Of a DNA stretch of 32,000 nt, positions 29,774 to 32,000 are shown piece after piece (positions within the stretch are counted from its first letter, which is position 1; every line of letters begins with the position of its first letter). Both the position numbers and the translations under genes were made by a program. The DNA lies in NCBI RefSeq assembly GCF_000698785.1, contig NZ_CP007536.1, positions 90,001-122,000 on the forward strand, written 5' to 3'. This stretch comes from Nitrososphaera viennensis EN76. Its GTDB lineage: Archaea; Thermoproteota; Nitrososphaeria; Nitrososphaerales; Nitrososphaeraceae. The notes beneath the pieces are model-generated. The model was not told the origin of the DNA and ran no database searches. It saw only the letters and a program-made list of their open reading frames with translations.

Positions 29774-30742
29774 CTATGTCACCGCCAACTTCCTAGAAAG
29801 CTCTTCGAAGTTTTGCAATATCTGGATTAGCGCCGCCTCTTCTTGCTGCTCTTGCGACAGAACCTCTCCAATCCTCTTACGCATACCAAATGTCACCCGA
29901 GCATACAGATGTCCGAGTGGTGTTAGCCTAAAGTTATGATCACTGCTTACTACACGTTTGAGCAGTCCTTCTCTTTCCATATCAAAACTTACGTTCTTAA
30001 GTGACTTCTTGATACCTTCGAATGATCTGTTGGTGCCTCTCTGGGGAGGCATATACTCGGACATGCCAAGTGACAAAACCTTGGTTGTAATCCCCGATAC
30101 ATTAAGCGCGGGATGCTGGTTATCCGGGTAAACGGAAGGATGTATGAAGAAATGGCACATTAGCAGTACAAAGGTTTCAGGGCTCAGTAGGTTTAATGTT
30201 GAATTAAAGGCAGGCAACTCTCTTATTGTCGGTAACATAGCGTCACCAATCAGCCTGTTGTATGCCATGAAAATCCTTATCGTGTCGACCCCCAGGGCTC
30301 CCAAGATGTTAGCAACATAAAACGGCAGCGGATCCGGGCTTTGCCCGTTTATAACGACTAGGCGCACCTCTGTTTTCTTTATGTGCTGTTGTAGGCATTC
30401 ATTCAGACCCTTGATCCATCGCTCTTTGGCCAGTTCAAAACCCTTGTCCGACGGCTCATCTCCCATGTAGTGGGCTACAACATCAGAATGTGTCTCAAAA
30501 GTCGTCCGGCCGGCTAGCATAGGCACGAGGTTGTCATCCGGGTAGGCAGCCATTACTGGTAGGATGTCTCCCCTCAAGTGCTCAGGGACGAGCGGTACTA
30601 TCTTTTGAAGCTCTGTCTCATCTGGCACAAGTTCCGGTTCACTAATGCGTCTTTCATGTATGAACAGGGCGGAGTCGTTGCTATACTGTGACAGTGCATA
30701 GGAGAGAAGACGTTTGTCGGTGGACCGCCATAGTAATAGCAT
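29774..30742 (-). CDS. Uncharacterised 322-aa protein: N-terminal alpha/beta-like domain plus C-terminal winged-HTH-like region
   Basis: The C-terminal 'LSPETFVLLMCHFF...GITTKVLSLGM...SFEGIKKSLKNVSFDMEREGLLKRVVSSDHNFRLTPLGHLYA' follows a wHTH-like pattern. 'VRLVVINGQSPDPLPFYVANILGALGVDTIRIFMAY' looks like a Rossmann-like strand-helix-strand. The gene is tightly coupled to the downstream 451-aa gene. Confidence 0.75.
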   Translation of the reverse strand: MLLLWRSTDKRLLSYALSQYSNDSALFIHERRISEPELVPDETELQKIVPLVPEHLRGDILPVMAAYPDDNLVPMLAGRTTFETHSDVVAHYMGDEPSDKGFELAKERWIKGLNECLQQHIKKTEVRLVVINGQSPDPLPFYVANILGALGVDTIRIFMAYNRLIGDAMLPTIRELPAFNSTLNLLSPETFVLLMCHFFIHPSVYPDNQHPALNVSGITTKVLSLGMSEYMPPQRGTNRSFEGIKKSLKNVSFDMEREGLLKRVVSSDHNFRLTPLGHLYARVTFGMRKRIGEVLSQEQQEEAALIQILQNFEELSRKLAVT

Positions 30743-30854
30743 AACCTCTTGGTCTTGTTCTTTATATTAAACTTTTCATAAAATGACGTATTTAGTAATG
30801 ACTAACTTCGTCATTTAGAAACAGTTCTTAAGCATCGATCCCGCTTTACGCCCT
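30743..30854. promoter_or_regulatory. Divergent control region with TATA-like element and an 8-bp perfect inverted repeat
   Basis: TTTATATT lies at 30761-30768, 20-27 nt from ATG 30742 on the minus strand. AAATGACG (30781-30788) and CGTCATTT (30809-30816) are separated by 20 nt that contain a third ATGAC copy. Confidence 0.5.
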
Positions 30855-32000
30855 ATGACACAAACCGCTGTCCAAAAGGCAGCAACTGAAACCATATCAC
30901 ACCAAGTCAAGAGCAACGCTTCTCCTGAGATGAAGGTAGTTGATGAGATTACATCTGCAGTACTAACAGCTTCGATGTTTGACCACGGAAGAGATATCAG
31001 GTATGCAGGTATCACTGATGTCTTGTTCCCAGAGGGCTATACATTTGTCCGGCGGAAGCTGGGAAGGAATATCACCGTACCATCAGTGCATACAACAGAG
31101 TTCATCGTAGACGGGGACGACGGCGAGCTCGTGGTCGAGTTCCGTTTTATCCAGCCACGAATCCGCGGGCTTAGGCAGAAGTACCCGGACGGGAGGTGGA
31201 TCCGTTTATCCTCAAGACCATTTGTGCTTGATGGTAACACCTACCAAGCTGGGAACGAAGAACCATCGGAGAAAATGATAACGACTGGTCCACTGAAGTT
31301 AAAAGACCTGTTGTCAAAGAAATACAAGAAAGTATTCGCCGCCAAGAAGGAAAGGGTAGAAGAGCTCATCAAGGACAGCAAGGATAAGGCACAGGCAATG
31401 TTTGTCCGTGAGGTAGCCGAGTCAAAAATCGAGGTAAATGTTGCCTGTAGGCGGCTAGGCGACAAAGAGGGCAGGTACAAAGTCTCTATCAGGATCCAAA
31501 ATGTGATTCCAATAAAGCTCTCAGGGGTCAGGCCATATAATGCCGAGGAAGTGATGAAGAAGTCGCTTTTTGGCGCGTATACCTTAGTCAAATCTTCTAA
31601 GTGTACTCTGCTAGACACCGGCAATGAGGAGGCGATGAGAGAGTGTGCTAACCTGAGCACCTACCCTGTCAAATCCAGTAAGAGTTCCGACACACTTTTT
31701 TCTTCGCCGGTGATTGTCTACGACTATCCATGGTTCGAGCCCATCAACATGACAACCTCTCTGAAGGAGATAGTTGCCGACGATAAGACACTCCTATCCC
31801 ACATGCACCTGCTCGATAAGAACGAGGTCTCCGTACTGAAGAAGTCCGGCAAACTCGCGAAAATCCTAAAGGTATTCAGAGCACTTGCCGAAAGTACAGA
31901 GGGTAAGGTAGATCGTCTCTACCAATTCCAGTGGGACGCTATACAGAAATTCATCAAAAGCCTCCTAAAAGACGACCCCGGAGTATTGATTATCAGGGCA
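30855..32000 (+). CDS. 3'-partial ORF (382 codons in window, absent from the ORF track): unknown ~350-aa N-terminal region followed by the beginning of an SF2 (DExH/DEAD-type) helicase-like core
   Basis: I translated codon by codon from ATG 30855 (the first start after stop 30816-30818) to nt 32000 and found no stop. The last residues, 'DRLYQFQWDAIQKFIKSLLKDDPGVLIIRA', fit the Q-motif/beta-strand that precedes Walker A (PTGSGKT) in SF2 helicases. Walker A itself would lie beyond the window, so the helicase call is tentative. Confidence 0.6.
   Translation, partial: MTQTAVQKAATETISHQVKSNASPEMKVVDEITSAVLTASMFDHGRDIRYAGITDVLFPEGYTFVRRKLGRNITVPSVHTTEFIVDGDDGELVVEFRFIQPRIRGLRQKYPDGRWIRLSSRPFVLDGNTYQAGNEEPSEKMITTGPLKLKDLLSKKYKKVFAAKKERVEELIKDSKDKAQAMFVREVAESKIEVNVACRRLGDKEGRYKVSIRIQNVIPIKLSGVRPYNAEEVMKKSLFGAYTLVKSSKCTLLDTGNEEAMRECANLSTYPVKSSKSSDTLFSSPVIVYDYPWFEPINMTTSLKEIVADDKTLLSHMHLLDKNEVSVLKKSGKLAKILKVFRALAESTEGKVDRLYQFQWDAIQKFIKSLLKDDPGVLIIRA

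Noticed and set aside
30815-31660. Three minus-strand track ORFs (66, 67 and 139 aa)
   Set aside because: They are fragmented, of low-complexity Ser/Leu-rich composition and lack start context. The opposite strand carries a single uninterrupted 382-codon ORF with protein-like composition.

Overview
All calls were made by eye, with no computation or database search. The window looks archaeal, probably a Nitrososphaeria/Thaumarchaeota-type genome. This is inferred from TTTATATA-like TATA boxes 25-35 nt upstream of start codons without Shine-Dalgarno sites, a TFB/TFIIB cyclin domain, many RHH regulators and membrane-anchored surface proteins.

The window has three blocks.

(1) nt 1-13,000, visibly GC-rich. 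This block holds a giant modular surface-protein gene that runs off the 5' edge, with at least 3,499 codons in the window. It contains beta-propeller-like modules, about 90 tandem 18-aa/54-nt units, an Ig/CARDB-like domain and a TM anchor. It is followed by a small anchored CARDB-like protein and an orphan Cache-type sensor histidine kinase.

(2) About 13.1-26.5 kb, AT-richer. This block is a candidate ~13.4 kb integrated element bounded by imperfect direct repeats. It carries a tyrosine integrase, five ribbon-helix-helix proteins (two below the ORF-track size cut-off) and a C2H2 zinc-finger protein. It also has an overlapping membrane-protein/P-loop ATPase operon, an unusual 3x wHTH + nucleotidyltransferase + TFB-cyclin fusion protein, a HEAT-repeat protein and a four-gene cassette of secreted or anchored proteins.

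(3) 26.6-32.0 kb. This block holds an M.HaeIII-like C5 cytosine methyltransferase overlapping a Mig/MutY/Nth-family Fe-S glycosylase. Next come two tightly coupled genes with no recognisable catalytic motifs (alpha/beta + wHTH; Cys-cluster protein with an internal duplication). Divergent from them is a plus-strand ORF missing from the ORF track. It runs off the window just as an SF2-helicase-like Q-motif/strand appears.

Block 3 is my best candidate for an undescribed defence-type system. The NTase-TFB fusion and the giant solenoid-like adhesin are the next most interesting. No rRNA, convincing tRNA or CRISPR array was seen.
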